Source: Octopus vulgaris
Lineage: Eukaryota
Direction of reading: 5' to 3'
Length of the DNA: 64,000 nucleotides
Assembly: GCA_951406725.2 (NCBI GenBank)
Contig: OX597829.1
Span: 56,606,001 to 56,670,000, forward strand
Shown: positions 22,567 to 36,074 of the stretch, piece by piece
Numbering within the stretch: the first letter of the stretch is position 1
Layout: each line of letters opens with the position of its first letter
Position numbers and translations under genes: made by a program
The notes under the pieces: model-generated
Told to the model about the DNA's origin: nothing
What the model saw: the letters and a program-made list of their open reading frames with translations, nothing else
The model's database searches: none

Positions 22567-23524
22567 CATGTGACTTATTCCCCCTCCACTTAATTATGTT
22601 ATGAGATGAAGTAGAAACTAATATTTCAAGCACCAACATTTACCAAAAACAAAATGCAAAAGGCTGTGCATTAGGTTAATATGAATAATTTAGATAAGGG
22701 AGACATTTTTGTGTTACTAAATAACGAAGGAAAAGGGAATTATTGAGTAACAAATTACATATACAAGAACCCACACACACAATACATCTGTATGTAAATG
22801 GGAAGAACACTGGGGGGAAAAAGTAATAGGCAAAGAAAACAAAGAAAAGAGAAGGAATGCAGCTGAAATTATGGGCTTATAAATGAAATAACTTATCAGC
22901 CTGAGTGAGGTACACATACACAGAGAAGTAAACATGCATCCAGGTTCATACCCAAGTATCATTCAAAGAAGCAAACTGAATAAAGTTAGAGGAAGCAACA
23001 GAAATGTAGAAATGCATACCTTCTGTTTACAAACACTTTACAGATACTTATGCAACATGAATAATTTAAAACAAATTACCTAAGTATATTCATATTTAAA
23101 ATGTGCAAGAGCTTCTACAAAGTGAGCCACTGCAAATAGCAGCCAAAACTTCAAATCACACTAGTCATTAATAAAGAGAAGACATTAGATAATGCAGTCC
23201 TATATGAGCTTAAAATGATGAGCTGGTAATAACTGAAGAGTCTTCGCTCACAGGTTTGCACAATCAGAGCTGTACTCGGGGTAAACATTATATCATAGCC
23301 ATATAGAAAATGAACAGTTCACAAGTTTTAATTTGCAGTTTGATGTTAGTTCAACAAGTTAAGAAGCTACTAATATACCAACGCTGCATGGCAGTGTACA
23401 CATGGTTTAAATGTGGACTAAGCCTCAGCCGCACAGGTTATCAAAATGATGCTGTTTTTATCAAGTTGTAAATGATATCGAAAGCTTTGTCATTAAGAGC
23501 AGCTATAGTTATGATATTAGAGAA

Positions 23525-23815
23525 ATCATCATCATCATCGTTTAATGCCCGTTCTCCATGCTAGCATGGGTTAGACGGTTCGACCGGGGATCTGGGAAGC
23601 CAGAAGGCTGCACCAGGCTCCAGTCTGATCTGGCAGAGTTTCTACAGCTGGATGCCCTTCCTAATGCCAACCACTCCGAGAATGTAGTGGGTGATTTTTA
23701 TGTGCCAGGCGAGGCTGGCAACAGCCATGATCGGATTGGTGCTGCACGAAAGCCAGTCAAGGCGGCGCTGGCATCAGCCACATTCGGATGGTGCTTTTTA
23801 CGTGCCACCGGCACA
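23525..23815 (-). mobile_element. RTE 3' UTR fragment
   Basis: Homologous to 12168-12470. Confidence 0.9.
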
Positions 23816-25573
23816 ACGTCCGACAATATTCCAGTTCATGAATCAGTGAGAGATAAAGTACTATATACAAGGAAGAATTCTAAAAGGTTTTCCTCTTAGA
23901 ACTATGACTCTTTTCTACAAGATTAGTTATTTAAATAACTCTGATGGAATCTAAGAAATGTCAAACTCAAGTTAATGTAGCACTTGCAACAGCAAAACTA
24001 TTTTAAGCACAAGAAAGTTTAAATAATTACTGAGACAACGGCAAGATTCTCAGATTTGGTATCAAAAGGCGCTGAGTTTGAGACTGGTAAGTAAAATTAT
24101 GCTCTACTTTAAATGGATAAAAGGCTATCTTAAACTGTCGTAAAAATCAAATAACGTCTGTAGAGATTTATCTTTGTTAAAAACTGGTTACAAATTCTCC
24201 CCCATCATTAAATATCTGGTACTCCATCAATAACTCTCTTCATACATACATACCTTCACTACATTTCATTTTTAGACAAGCAACCTCTCTTAAAATGACT
24301 TGTTTAAATATACTGAGAAAATTTACATTCATTTTCAAATCTATGAAGAACATGTCATTAAATTATCATCAAATTTAACAATAATACAAAATGCCATGCA
24401 GAAAAGTAATATAATTGAAAAGAAAGAAAATGTATTGCAAATTAGATTTAGAAGAGAAAAATCTTTTAAAGACAAAACTTAAGCCTATAACAGTTATGGG
24501 CCTTATGAGATAAGAAAAATGACCAAGTAAATTGTACAACAAAATTAAGGTAAACATGATTTTATTTTTTTTTTATATATATATAAAACAAGCTTCAATT
24601 CAAAATTAAAGTTCTTAAAAAATAATTACCATGATACAGTTACATATTTGATATTTTCCCCTTGGTTCCTGCCAGAAATCAAATTACACGCCAAAGAGGA
24701 GATTTTGAGATCTTTTCTGACACATATTGAGAAAACAAACACCTCTATGTCTTACACATGCAATTAGAAGGCAGTTTGGTACTGGAAACAAAAAAAAAAA
24801 ATCCCATGCAAAATAAGACATATTCTTCATTTCTATAAATTGTATTCTGATATAGTTGTTATTAAAAAGACCCAAAGAAAGAAACTAGAAAAATAAAAAT
24901 AAAGTCTGTAGGGGTATACAAGCAGATATTAGGCAAGGAAATATATTTTAATGATATAGAGAAGGCACAGAATGATCTAACCTCTAATTGAAAAAAAAGT
25001 ATATATAAGCAAAATTTAACATGGAAAGAATATTTTGGGATTCTTTAAATATAGGAAAGAAAAAAAAGAATAAAGCCTTTCATTTATTCATTTATTTTAT
25101 TATTTTAACAAATCCTTTATTTATACTTTTATTTATTTGTTAACAACGAAATAAGAATAACGAAATTTTTAAAAAATGACAATATTTCAAAAGATCTGAG
25201 AAATTAAATCTACCTAAATTACATTTTGAAAATATCTCAAGTTGAAATCTAGATAATTTAGAACTGTATATTATTATTATGTTATATACTTAAATATCTA
25301 AAGTTGTATGCATTCCTCTACCATGTTTATCATATTTCTCATACAGCAATTTATAACTAAGCTAGTGTGCATTCATTAGACCACACAGCCTAAACTCGTT
25401 TTATTACATTGAACACCTTACTCTATTTTTAACAGTGTGATCCATTGTATATTTTGCTTGTTTTACTTATGCACAAAAATGAAGATTTTTAGTTCAAACA
25501 CTAAATGGTATAGAAATCATTATTCCCAAACACAAATCATCTGTTTGCAAACCTGAAAATAAACACATACTAC

Positions 25574-25611
<38 letters not shown>

Positions 25612-25640
25612 AAAATATGTTAGGGATGTACCCCCTAAAA

Positions 25641-25903
25641 CAGTGGTTCCCAAGTTTTTTTCACGATGCTGCTCCCTTGACGCCCAGGCCATATTCCTAG
25701 CTTCCCACCAACAAACAGACCATTTTCTGCAGTAAATTCAAAACAACTGTATTTCACAGAACTTTACCTAATTAACCCATTATTTTGGTTTATGTCCTTT
25801 GCCCCCTTTTGGCCACCCCATTATCATCACACTTTTCTTCAATGCTCCCTGGATCTTTCCAGCACTACCAAGGGGACAGTACCACACACTTTGGGAACCA
25901 CTG
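25641..25903. mobile_element. hAT/Charlie-like MITE
   Basis: 13-bp TIR cagtggttcccaa / ttgggaaccactg; TSD not preserved. Confidence 0.7.
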
Positions 25904-26043
25904 TTCACAAAAGATCCTGTCCTAACCCCATATTACAATCTAAATCACTATTATTGCAGCTTTATTTGTTCAAATAAAATAGAATTAAATAACAGAACAC
26001 CAATTCTTCAATGATTGCCATACACCAATATAAAGTCAACAGT

Positions 26044-26440
26044 AGGCGTAGGAGTGGCTGTGTGGTAAGTAGCTTGCTTACCAACTACATGGTTCCGGGT
26101 TCGGTCCCACTGCGTGGCACCTCGGGCAAGTGTCTTCTACTATAGCCTCAGGCCGACCAAAGCCTTGTGAGTGGATTTGGTAGACGGAAACTGAAAGAAG
26201 CCCGTCGTACATATGTATATATGTGTGTGTGTGTGTGTGACTGTGTTTATCCCCCCAACATCGCTTGACAACTGATGCTGGTATGTTTACATCCCCGTAA
26301 CTTAGTGGTTCAGCAAAAGGGCCCAATAGAATAAGTACTAGGCTTACAAAGAATAAGTCCCGGGATTGATTTGCTCGACTAAAGACGTTGCTCCAGCATG
26401 GCCACAGTCAAATGACCGAAACAAGTACAAGAATAAAAGA
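26044..26440 (+). mobile_element. Complete family A SINE
   Basis: tRNA-like head, internal (TA)/(TG) tract, 3' tail ctccagcatggccacagtcaaatgaccgaaacaag. Confidence 0.9.
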
Positions 26441-26655
26441 ATTATACACAGCTGTTTGTAAAATGATTGCCAAATTAAGATGCTTAGCTAACCATTTCAC
26501 TATTATAACTTGGTGTACTCCAAGCTATTATCCCCACCTTATGTGTTTCTATCTACACTTGATTGGCTTATTTTACAACCATCTTCAAGTACCCTGACCC
26601 CTATCTATATATATGTGTGTGTGTGTACATATATACACACACACATATGTATATA

Positions 26656-26685
<30 letters not shown>

Positions 26686-26689
<4 letters not shown>

Positions 26690-26842
26690 AAGTCAACAGT
26701 AGGCATAGGAGTGGCTGTGTGGTAAGTAGCTTGCTTACCAACTACATGGTTCCGAGTTCAGTCCCACTGCGTGGCACCTTGGGCAAGTGTCTTCTACTAT
26801 AGCCTCGGGCCGACCAAAGCCTTGTGAGTGGATTTGGTAGAC
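26686..26842 (+). mobile_element. Partial duplicate of the 26044 SINE including its upstream flank
   Basis: Both copies are preceded by tataaagtcaacagt and share accaactacatgg. Confidence 0.85.
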
Positions 26843-26855
26843 ATATATATATGTA

Positions 26856-26907
<52 letters not shown>

Positions 26908-27586
26908 CACACACACACCCTACAGGTGAATTTACACTAATACCATTATTCTTAACAAAGTCCAGTGCATTAATTCACTATATTATCTCATAGAAGAAAA
27001 TATAATCTTACCCATTAAAGGTTTTCCCAAATCCAAAAGTCAATGTATATAGTTGGTAAAAAGTGCTCAAACAGAACTTATTTTATTATATTTGCAAATC
27101 TACATTTTAAAGTTATGAGAAAAAGATAAAAGGAAGAAATAAAGGAAAAAAAAGGGAAAATCAATTAGACAGAAATTTTACATGTAAATATGCCTTATAT
27201 TTGGATAGAACTTTCCAAATAATTCAACAATTACATGTACATAGATCTGCATATGCTTATGAACATGTCTTAATGAGCATGTGAGTACATTAAAATATGT
27301 ACACACACACACACACACATAAACTGATGCCTATATACATATAAACCTGTATTTTTTTGTGAACATACAAGAAAAATAAATAAAAAAAAAAAACTGAATG
27401 TGAATATGGCCGGAAAAGTTAAAATAATACGGGAGCTGAGAGACACTTAGGTCTACACGTTAAATCACCAACCAAAACAGTACTCAAGGAAAAGTTTTGT
27501 TTAATGCTGCACCGTGAGAAAAAAAGACACAAGGTGTTGGTGGGTACAGTGAAATAAAGTTAGAGATCTACTCGATGATTCCCAGC

Positions 27587-27621
27587 TTATTGTTGCACAT
27601 ATGGGGAAGGTGAACAATCTG
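27587..27621 (-). CDS. UBN1: Ubinuclein, probable last coding exon (T)DCSPSPYVQQ*
   Basis: Pyrimidine tract plus TAGCAG acceptor; fits phase 1 of the upstream donor and ends in TAA. No homology support. Confidence 0.5.
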
Positions 27622-27993
27622 CTATATGAAGAAAAACTAAAAAGAGGAAATGTGTAAATTTATCTTGACACAAGATTTAGAAAGTGAACAGTAATGGTAG
27701 TCAGCAACAGTGATATTGTAAATAATGAACAATGTGATGGCAGTGACTATGCTGATGAATAATCTGATCTGATAGTCATTTAAGTACTAACAGAGAAAAC
27801 ATATAAGACAAAATGTAAAGTTGTATGGAAAGAAATATTTATATGACAGTTAAAACCTATAAAGGCTTTTATCTGAATCATTGAGTTTTTGTTTACATGT
27901 TTGTATTCTTCGGGATGTGAGGAGAAGGTCAGAGAAAGCAACTCTACAATCATTTGTAATTATCTTTCTGATAAGACATTTTGATTCACTCAC

Positions 27994-30770
27994 TTTTAGA
28001 GTGTCTGATGCTGTCTTGATTAAATTGAGCTGGATGAATACTTCCTGAGTGAGGTTGTAAATTCTCCTGGTTAAGTCCAGACACAGTCCTTGTGATATTT
28101 GCTGTAGTAGATACCCGATTGCTGGCCACAGATCCATGCTGTACCTGTTGCTGCTTCAGTTGCGGATGTGAACCACTGCTGAGCTGCTGCTGTAAATAAG
28201 ATGTAGAGTTAAAAATAGGACTTGAAGTTCTGTTACTAGAAGCTGAAGCAGAAGCTACTGTCGAAGCAGCTACAGAAGATGCAGACACTTGAGGATTGCT
28301 TCCACTAAGGTTCCACGAAGAACAAGCAGAGGACTTTCCCTGAGATGTGGACACTGATACAGCATTGGCAGAGGTGGTAGTACATGTTGTAGTACCACTA
28401 CTTGTATTACAACTGTTACTACTACTCTTAGCTTGAGTCCCCATCACATGCATAGGCAGTATCCCAGTACGTTGATGATGCAAGTTCTGCTGCCCCTGCT
28501 GGGATCGAGCCACGTTCTGTTGATGCTGTGAAACTGATGCAGCTGTGAGTGTAGAAGAGGAAGAAGATTGAGTGGGGACAGTCCCAGAAGAGGAGCTACT
28601 AATATTTGGTGTTGTCGGGAGTTTGTACATAGATCCTGGAGAAGAAGCCGAAGTAGGGTGTGTCGCTGTTGAGGCTGTTAAAATCTTTTCCGTAGAAATG
28701 AGACATTGAGATTTAGACTGCTGCTGCAGTTGCTGCTTTAGTGATGAAGACTGAGTTGAATGAGCAGACGCTGAATACAAAGAGTGAATGTGTGTTCTTT
28801 GTGAAGATGATGAACTACTAACAGATTTACTACAAGAACTTGGACTTGTAGCAGCATTAGATGATTGGCGTGGTTGGGAATGTCGAGGGGTAGGGATCAC
28901 TGAACTTGACTGACACTGGGGGGCAGACTGGTGTTTGCTTGCACACTCTGCTTTGACAAGAGAAGCTGTACTTGTGTGTGGAGAAATGGCTCTAGACGTT
29001 TGTTGTTGTTGCTGCTGCGTTGTTTGAAATTGCAGAGGAGATGAAAGAATTTTAGAGTGATTTTGTTGCTGAGAACTTTGACAGTTTGTGGGATTCACAA
29101 CCTGAGATGAAGATGTTAATTGTTTACTTGACACAAGTGAAGAATATGATTTCTGCTGATGTTGCTGTTGATGGCGATTATGGTGTTGCTGGGAAGACTG
29201 TTGCTGTTGTTGTTGCTGCTGCTGCTGCTGTCGCCAAGATTTTGAAGCATGGGAGCTCAAATGAGATTTATTTGAATGCGAGTGACCTATGCTTTGTGAC
29301 ATCCCATGCACCACATTTTGTTGCTGATGAAGTTTTTGATGTTGCTGCTGCTGCTGCTGTTTTTGATGCTGCAATGAGGACTGCTGCTGCTGCTGCTGCT
29401 GTTGTTGTGAATGAGTCTGATGCAGGTTACGCTGTTGTGTGGATGCAGTTTCGATTTTGCCAGCAGGGTGCACAGAGGAAGTTGATGTTAAAGAATGGGG
29501 TAACTGATTCGTAGTCCTATGTTGCTGCTGCTGCTGCTGTTGTTGTTGCACCTGACATCTCTCATCAACAGCTTTTGAAGCTGCAGATGGAATTGGTTGT
29601 GTTTTCACCTTTTGCGTTGGTGCACCACTCTTAGAAACCAAACATGAGGCAGCATACCGTTGAAACTCAGCCAAGTATGTATTCTTGCTATCATCTTTGG
29701 AGAACTGAGCTGAAGATTTACTATCAGAATTCTGAGATTTCTCAGAGCTACCTGCTGCTAGTGCTGCCGCGTCTTTTTTGCTACTTCCTTTAATGCCAGA
29801 TGCTTTTAATATCTTACTTGCCATACTAATAGTCAATTTATTCTGTACATTGGGTTGGGAAGAATCTTTAGATTTGACATTAGGATATGTAGTATTTAGG
29901 GACGAAACCTGTTGAGTTTTAGAGTTTATGTTAGATGTAGTTTGCCCATTGTGCTGCTGGAGTTGGGAATCAACCATTACTGACATAGCATCAACATAGC
30001 CATGATAATTCTGAGAATCACTAGTAACAACTCCAGGAGGTGAAGATTGTTGAATAGATTTAGAGTGTACATTTCCTATGTGAGAAGGAAGTTTCTGTTG
30101 TTCCCCGCCAGGTTGTTTGTTGCTTGAAGTATGTCCTTGTGATTGTGATGATGAAGTGCCATGCTGATGATTTTTAATGGAAAGAGATGTGGTTGGACTG
30201 TGTTGAGAATAATTAACCTTCACAGAAGGTATGGTGGGACTTATCTGAGGAGATGTATTCTGATTAGAGAATGGTGAACCATAAGTTACACTCACAAGGG
30301 AAGATGAAAGTGAAGAACTGGAGATTACTAATGGCGATACTGAACTTGAGGTTACATTACCAGAAATTTCATGAACTGTTTTACTAGATTCATTTAGGTT
30401 TAATTTTTCTCCTTTCCCAAAGTTCTCTTCTTGTGAAGTCTTATGAAGGGAACTAGACACCGCTTGAGATTTCAGAACCAAATCAGAAACGTTCTCCTCA
30501 GATGAAGAAGGGTGATCACTCTCAATATACTCTAATACATTCCACAGACTTTTATCTTCAGATCTGTCAGAAGTTGTAGGTGAATGATCCATCATTTCAT
30601 TAGCTAGAGTAGTCAAAATGGGTGTTACATCTGCTTTTGCATTTTGTTGGCAAGCAATCAAACTATCAGTTTGTAATGCTGGGCTACTGTTGGAATGTGA
30701 GCCTGTGGTAGGAGTTGCAGCAGATATATCCTGAGATCTGAGGTTACACATAGCTTTGGTTGGTTTTATT
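27994..30770 (-). CDS. UBN1: Ubinuclein, 2777-nt exon encoding S/Q/H/T-rich low-complexity C-terminal region
   Basis: Open 941-aa ORF; ttcttcag acceptor at 30771-72 in phase with the previous exon; gtgagt donor at 27993. Confidence 0.85.
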
Positions 30771-31880
30771 CTGAAGAATACAAAATTATAAATCAGCCAT
30801 AATCTAAACATATGTTAGAATTATATTTGTAACTTTTATTTAATAGAACCAAAACAAATATTTCCTCCCTTAGGTCTGCTGAAGCCAAATTGATTATTTT
30901 GCGGATTAGAATTATGAACTAAAAACTGGAATGCTATATCTATATTCCAAATCACTAATATCCATATGTCTGATAGTAAACTTTAGTTTCCAAAGCATGA
31001 AACCCAACACTTCAAACTAATTAAATAATCGTTAGTTGCAATGTTAGGCCTTTGCTTGCAACATCCTCTTATATGGATTAAATTGTTAAGCACTGTCTTG
31101 GCTAAAGACAATACCATGTTTGGCTCTCGCACTAATATACTTATAAGCCATGATATAGATATCTATGCAAGAGAGAATTATACAGTGTTTGACTGAAGTA
31201 AGCTGTCATTTGGTGACGTATGCCAGGTTCCTTTGAGTACATTTACCTGGAGTAAAAAGCTCAACATTGAAAAGTAAAACAAAGAAAATAAATATACAAA
31301 GTTTATAGTACTTAAAAACATAAGAGGTTGAGAATAAGGAGTGGAATGAACTAGAAAAAAGTTATTCATTTCTTTTATGTATAATAAAAATGTAACTGCT
31401 TAACTTTGGCATTATTGCAATCACAGAACTTGTCTACAGACAAATATATATAAAAAAAAAACAAAAACTCCTGAACAAATATATAGTATTCCTGCATTAA
31501 TTCAATCAATGTTTAAGAGAACTGACTCGGCCAGTATATTGAAGTAGATTTTATTTTAAATGCAGATATATGCATCATCAAATGGTTACCTTGATTTTAG
31601 GCATGTTTAAAAGAAATACTGAATTAAAAATTTACAAGCATGATCTGTCATCCAATATCAATATCTATATTTCATCACCATTAGTTTCATACATAATTTT
31701 GATTTAAGTATTCTCTGCAGAATATACCATTCTTTTTCATATAGCTTAATTTTGTTTTAAAGATTTCTGCTAATTTCAACCTTATTTCATTAAGATAAAT
31801 CAAAATAGTAATAAACTGGCTTAAACTTGATTTTAAAACTTTATGGATAAATTAAATGATAGCATAAATATTATACTTAC

Positions 31881-31925
31881 TGTGAAGTTGAACCATGGGT
31901 TACTTTACTTTTTTTGTATAAAATT
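31881..31925 (-). CDS. UBN1: Ubinuclein exon (R)ILYKKSKVTHGSTS(Q)
   Basis: AG/GTAAGT boundaries, phase 2-2; resembles the vertebrate RTLFKESR..HGH segment. Confidence 0.8.
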
Positions 31926-32612
31926 CTGAGAAAAATATAAAAATTACATAAAACCAACAATGAAAATGTTAATCATTAACATGTAACATTGAAAACAAGC
32001 TTTTTTCAGTAAAATATTTATTTTATAAACATATTGAAGAATGATAGTTTAGGGTTAGCAAGCATTTCAACAAACCTCAGACAAAGAGAAAAATATTAAA
32101 TTAACTAACTAGATATAAAATTTTTAGAACAATATCTTGACACAATCCCACAAAGATTCTAATTTTTTAAAACCAGTTTGAGCTTTCAGTTGTAATTACC
32201 TTGAAACACTTTTACTAGTTAGTATTAGTCAAATTTACATTAACAGAACTACAAAGTATTTGCAACATATTACAGATACAGGTCAGTGATTATCCCATAT
32301 TCCAGTTTCTTTCTTTTTTCAATGTTTTCTCCACAGTTATTTACTACTGGGCATATTTTTTTTAAAATCATTTTTGCTAATTTCCTTCAATCAAGATCTA
32401 AAATTTAGTCCCCATTGAGATTAAATTTATAGTTTTGTACAGAAGAAATTCACATCATTTGTTTCATAATTCTCTGCTATTAAAGCAATAGGTGATTCAT
32501 AATTCTGCTTTTCCAACAATAAATTTATCTTCAGTAATGTTATACATGCTTCAAACACCAGTCACCATCATACTGCATTAGGTGTTTCTATTAAAATAGA
32601 ATAATTCCATAC

Positions 32613-32732
32613 CTCATTTTTTCATTCCATTCATAATCTCTTTGTAGTGAAGTTTTCTCCATCTCCTCTAGAGATTTTTCTTCTTCACCATCTGAAGAAT
32701 CTTCTTTCATCTCCTCATTCTCAGGAGTGTTC
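32613..32732 (-). CDS. UBN1: Ubinuclein exon NTPENEEMKEDSSDGEEE...DYEWNEKM(R)
   Basis: AG/GT boundaries, in phase; acidic stretch then a motif like F.WN..IR of the UBN middle domain. Confidence 0.85.
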
Positions 32733-33044
32733 CTATAAAAGAAATAAGAATTTTTTTTTAAATTGTTCAGAAGAAAAGTATTTTATGAAAAAGTATCATC
32801 AACAGGACAAAAAAACAAAACAAAAAAACTACTGAAAGAAACTTTCAGACTACTAGCTTCTAATTTTTAGTAATTACATACGTGCTTAAATTGGAACTTG
32901 CAACTGTATTTGATAGACCAAGTGCCATGTTTGCTAATTGGACTTGCAGTTAGCAATATATACAGTGTCATACTTTCTGTAGTCTCATTTGTAATTCTTT
33001 GTCTGTAATTTCCATTTTCACTGATCCACTGTTCTGGACTTTCA

Positions 33045-33270
33045 TCATCATCATCGTTTAACGTCTGTTTTCCATGCTAGCACAGGTTGGATGGTTTAAC
33101 CAGGATCTGGGAAGCCAGGAATCTGCACCAGGCTCCAGTCTGATCCGGCAGTGTTTGTACAGCTGGATGCACTACCTAATGCCAACCACTCCGTGAGTGT
33201 AGTGGGTGCTTTTTACGTGCCAGGCGAGGCTGGCAATGGCCACCAGTCAATGCGGCGCTGGCATCGACCA
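33045..33270 (-). mobile_element. Intronic RTE 3' UTR fragment
   Basis: (cat)n followed by cgtttaacgtctgttttccatgctagc. Confidence 0.85.
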
Positions 33271-33581
33271 AGAGATTTATGGTAATCCGCGAGTCATTCT
33301 ACTAACATTTTTGCATTTCATGAATAGTCTAATTAGTGAAATAACTACTGTAGTAGCTCTTCTGATATTACATTCTCCTTGTGGATACTGACCACAAGTA
33401 TATTTTTAACTTTTCAGCCAGAGTTGCAGTGGACTAAAGTTTTATCTCAATGATATCACGTTAGGCATTGTAGCTATGTAACGACCATCACTGACTGGCA
33501 TAAGTTTAACCTCTTATTATGATCATCTGATAACAACTTCTAAAATAATAAAAACAATACAAATAGAAACCCAATACTTAC

Positions 33582-33660
33582 AGATCAACATTTTTAATGT
33601 TATCTGCTTGATATTCAATTTTATATTTCTCTAACTGATCAGGTACTTCTTCATTCGAAG
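33582..33660 (-). CDS. UBN1: Ubinuclein exon (A)SNEEVPDQLEKYKIEYQADNIKNVD(L)
   Basis: AG/GTAAGT boundaries, phase 1-2; resembles the UBN MPEQ..KY..E.QA segment. Confidence 0.85.
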
Positions 33661-36074
33661 CTGAAATAACACAAAAAGTTAGCATCCTATTTTAAGAAAA
33701 ATTTTAAAGATTAGATTATAAGTAGACTCACCAATAATAAACATCAGTCAATGTAATATTATTTTAGCAACATGTAAAGAAATTTTACTTGTGTATCATT
33801 TACAAAATATACAATTTTTTTTAAAAATCCAACTATAAACATGAAATATCTATTTTTAATCTTCTCGTGTATAGATATTAACAACAGAAGAATATTTCAA
33901 ACAAATTAAAACTTTAACCATCTATCACCGAGTTGAACAATGCTATACAGAAAAATGATAAAAAGGGTAATGAAATGAAGAAAAAAAAAAAAAAACTTTT
34001 ACTAGTCCTCTTAAAAAACTTTGTAGTGATTTGCAAAATATTTTAGAAAATTTGGGAAAATTGCAACAATCCAGTAATGTCAACATTCATCTTCATTGTG
34101 GCCATCATCAAATCATTAGAACAAATACACTTTAAACAAACTATAAAAGACAGCACATGTGGAGGTACTTGATTAAATACAAAGTAACGGGGAGTTGCAA
34201 ATTTCACAAAATTCTTTAATACTTCATTGACAGGTATCAGTGTTGAAATTAAATTAACTAAAAGAAAATATAAATATTTTACAAAGGAACCATCTTAACA
34301 AAAGTGTTGCTTATGAAAAACAAGTAAATCAAGTTTCATACACTCAAAACTCACAGACACACACTATAACCCTTTTGCAATTCCTTTGGCTTCTGTTATA
34401 ATTTTGAAAGTGATATTCATTTACAACTCAAGTAGTACAAGTCTTATACATAAATGGAGAATAAAAACTCAATCTCCTCCACCATCCATTATCAAATATT
34501 TCTATTTTTGGACAAAAATATACTTAATTTTAAACTGCATTATGAACCAACTTCATTTCCCTTTAACCGTTTTCACTGCCATTTCCAACAAGTTTCAATC
34601 AAATTCTAAAACAACCATCAATTAATTCAGAATGGTTTGATGTATCAAAATAGCATTTGGATCGGAATACAATATTGCACAAATTTTATCTGAAAACTAC
34701 TATAACCTGCCTTACTGCTGCTTCCACTGCAATTTGTGGTAGTGTGGTGGTAATAGGAGTGACAAGAATGGTGGCTGTCATCCTCCACATTGTTTTAATG
34801 TCTATTTTTCCAGACTTGCATGGGTCAAACAAAAGCATATTTAGTTTTTCTTTTTTTCTATGGCCAAATGCCCTGCCTGAAGCTAACCCCCATTTGTTTC
34901 CAAATGAGGTAATAACAAACAGTCCAGATATGTTTTTTTTTTTTTTCAAGTGGAGAACTGGAAACAAAGAGCATAAAAGGAACTTTTTATTTGCATAAAT
35001 ACAACATGTCAAGAGGTCAAGCCCTGTCCAGAAGTCACTACCATTGTTTACAAACCAACAAACTAAGGGAAAGCAAACATGTACCTGTGCAAACTGGGTT
35101 CTGGAAGCGCTGTGCATTCCACCCACATGTAATCAATAAAATTCTTCACACACCCAACCCCAATAAACCAAACTAAATCTCTTTTCATGCCCCATGCTTA
35201 TCTCTCCCTCCCCCACTGTATCATTGCAATCCTGTTGTCTCCCCCCTCCTCTACATACCCAGTTTCACCAGTCACATTCCTCCACCATCTCTCTCTGTAT
35301 TCATGTGAACTCCCTACTCATGCACCCATGGCAATACTCTACCATCCCTTTTATATTTTCATCCACCATCTCACACCCTTTCTCTCTTTTGCACTTTCAC
35401 ACTCATGCATTCTTTATTCTCTTTCTCCCTCTTTGACTGGGAGAAACAATGCATCTCTACAGCCTGATTCTGTCCCTGTCACACTGACCTCATCATGTGG
35501 CACAAGGTCACTTCCTCCAATACTCCCCACTTTCAAACGATCTGTAAAGAGGATAGCATTAGGAAAGGCATCCAGCCATAGAAACCATGTTAGAAAAACC
35601 AGATGCTGAATGACGACGATACACATACAAACACATGAAGGGCATCTTCAGTTTCCATCTACCAAACCCAATCACAAGCCTGGGTTTATAATAGAAGACA
35701 CTTGCCAAAAGTATCATGTGGTGGGGATGAGCCAAAATCTACTGGTTAGGAAGCAAACTTTACACTCTCAGAAATTTGCTGCATTCAAAAACCATTCAAA
35801 TTTATAGTTGCTAGTACTAAATATGAAGCTTACAAAATTTTGTTTTTATAACAAAAAAAAAGTGTAGAAGACAAAATTCTAAAAAATCAAAATGCACTTT
35901 GTTAAAACAGGCAAACAATGTCTAGCAAATCTTTATCTAGTTATCATCAATAATGCCATAGCAAGATTTCTATCCTTTTAATTTAAATATGATTAGGTAA
36001 ATCTGTCGTAGCCATGGGAAGGTTTTTTGGCATGTAATTTAAGAAGTGATGATCTGACCAAACCAAATACTAAC

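Noticed and set aside
29086-29514. 142-aa poly-Ala/Val plus-strand ORF
   Set aside because: Antisense reading of the polyQ codons.
34716-34726. Candidate 11-nt microexon cag|TGGAAGCAGCA|gtaagg and ORF 34686..35126
   Set aside because: It would break the phase between the 36075 and 33660 exons, which already join in frame; the ORF overlaps an RTE tail remnant.
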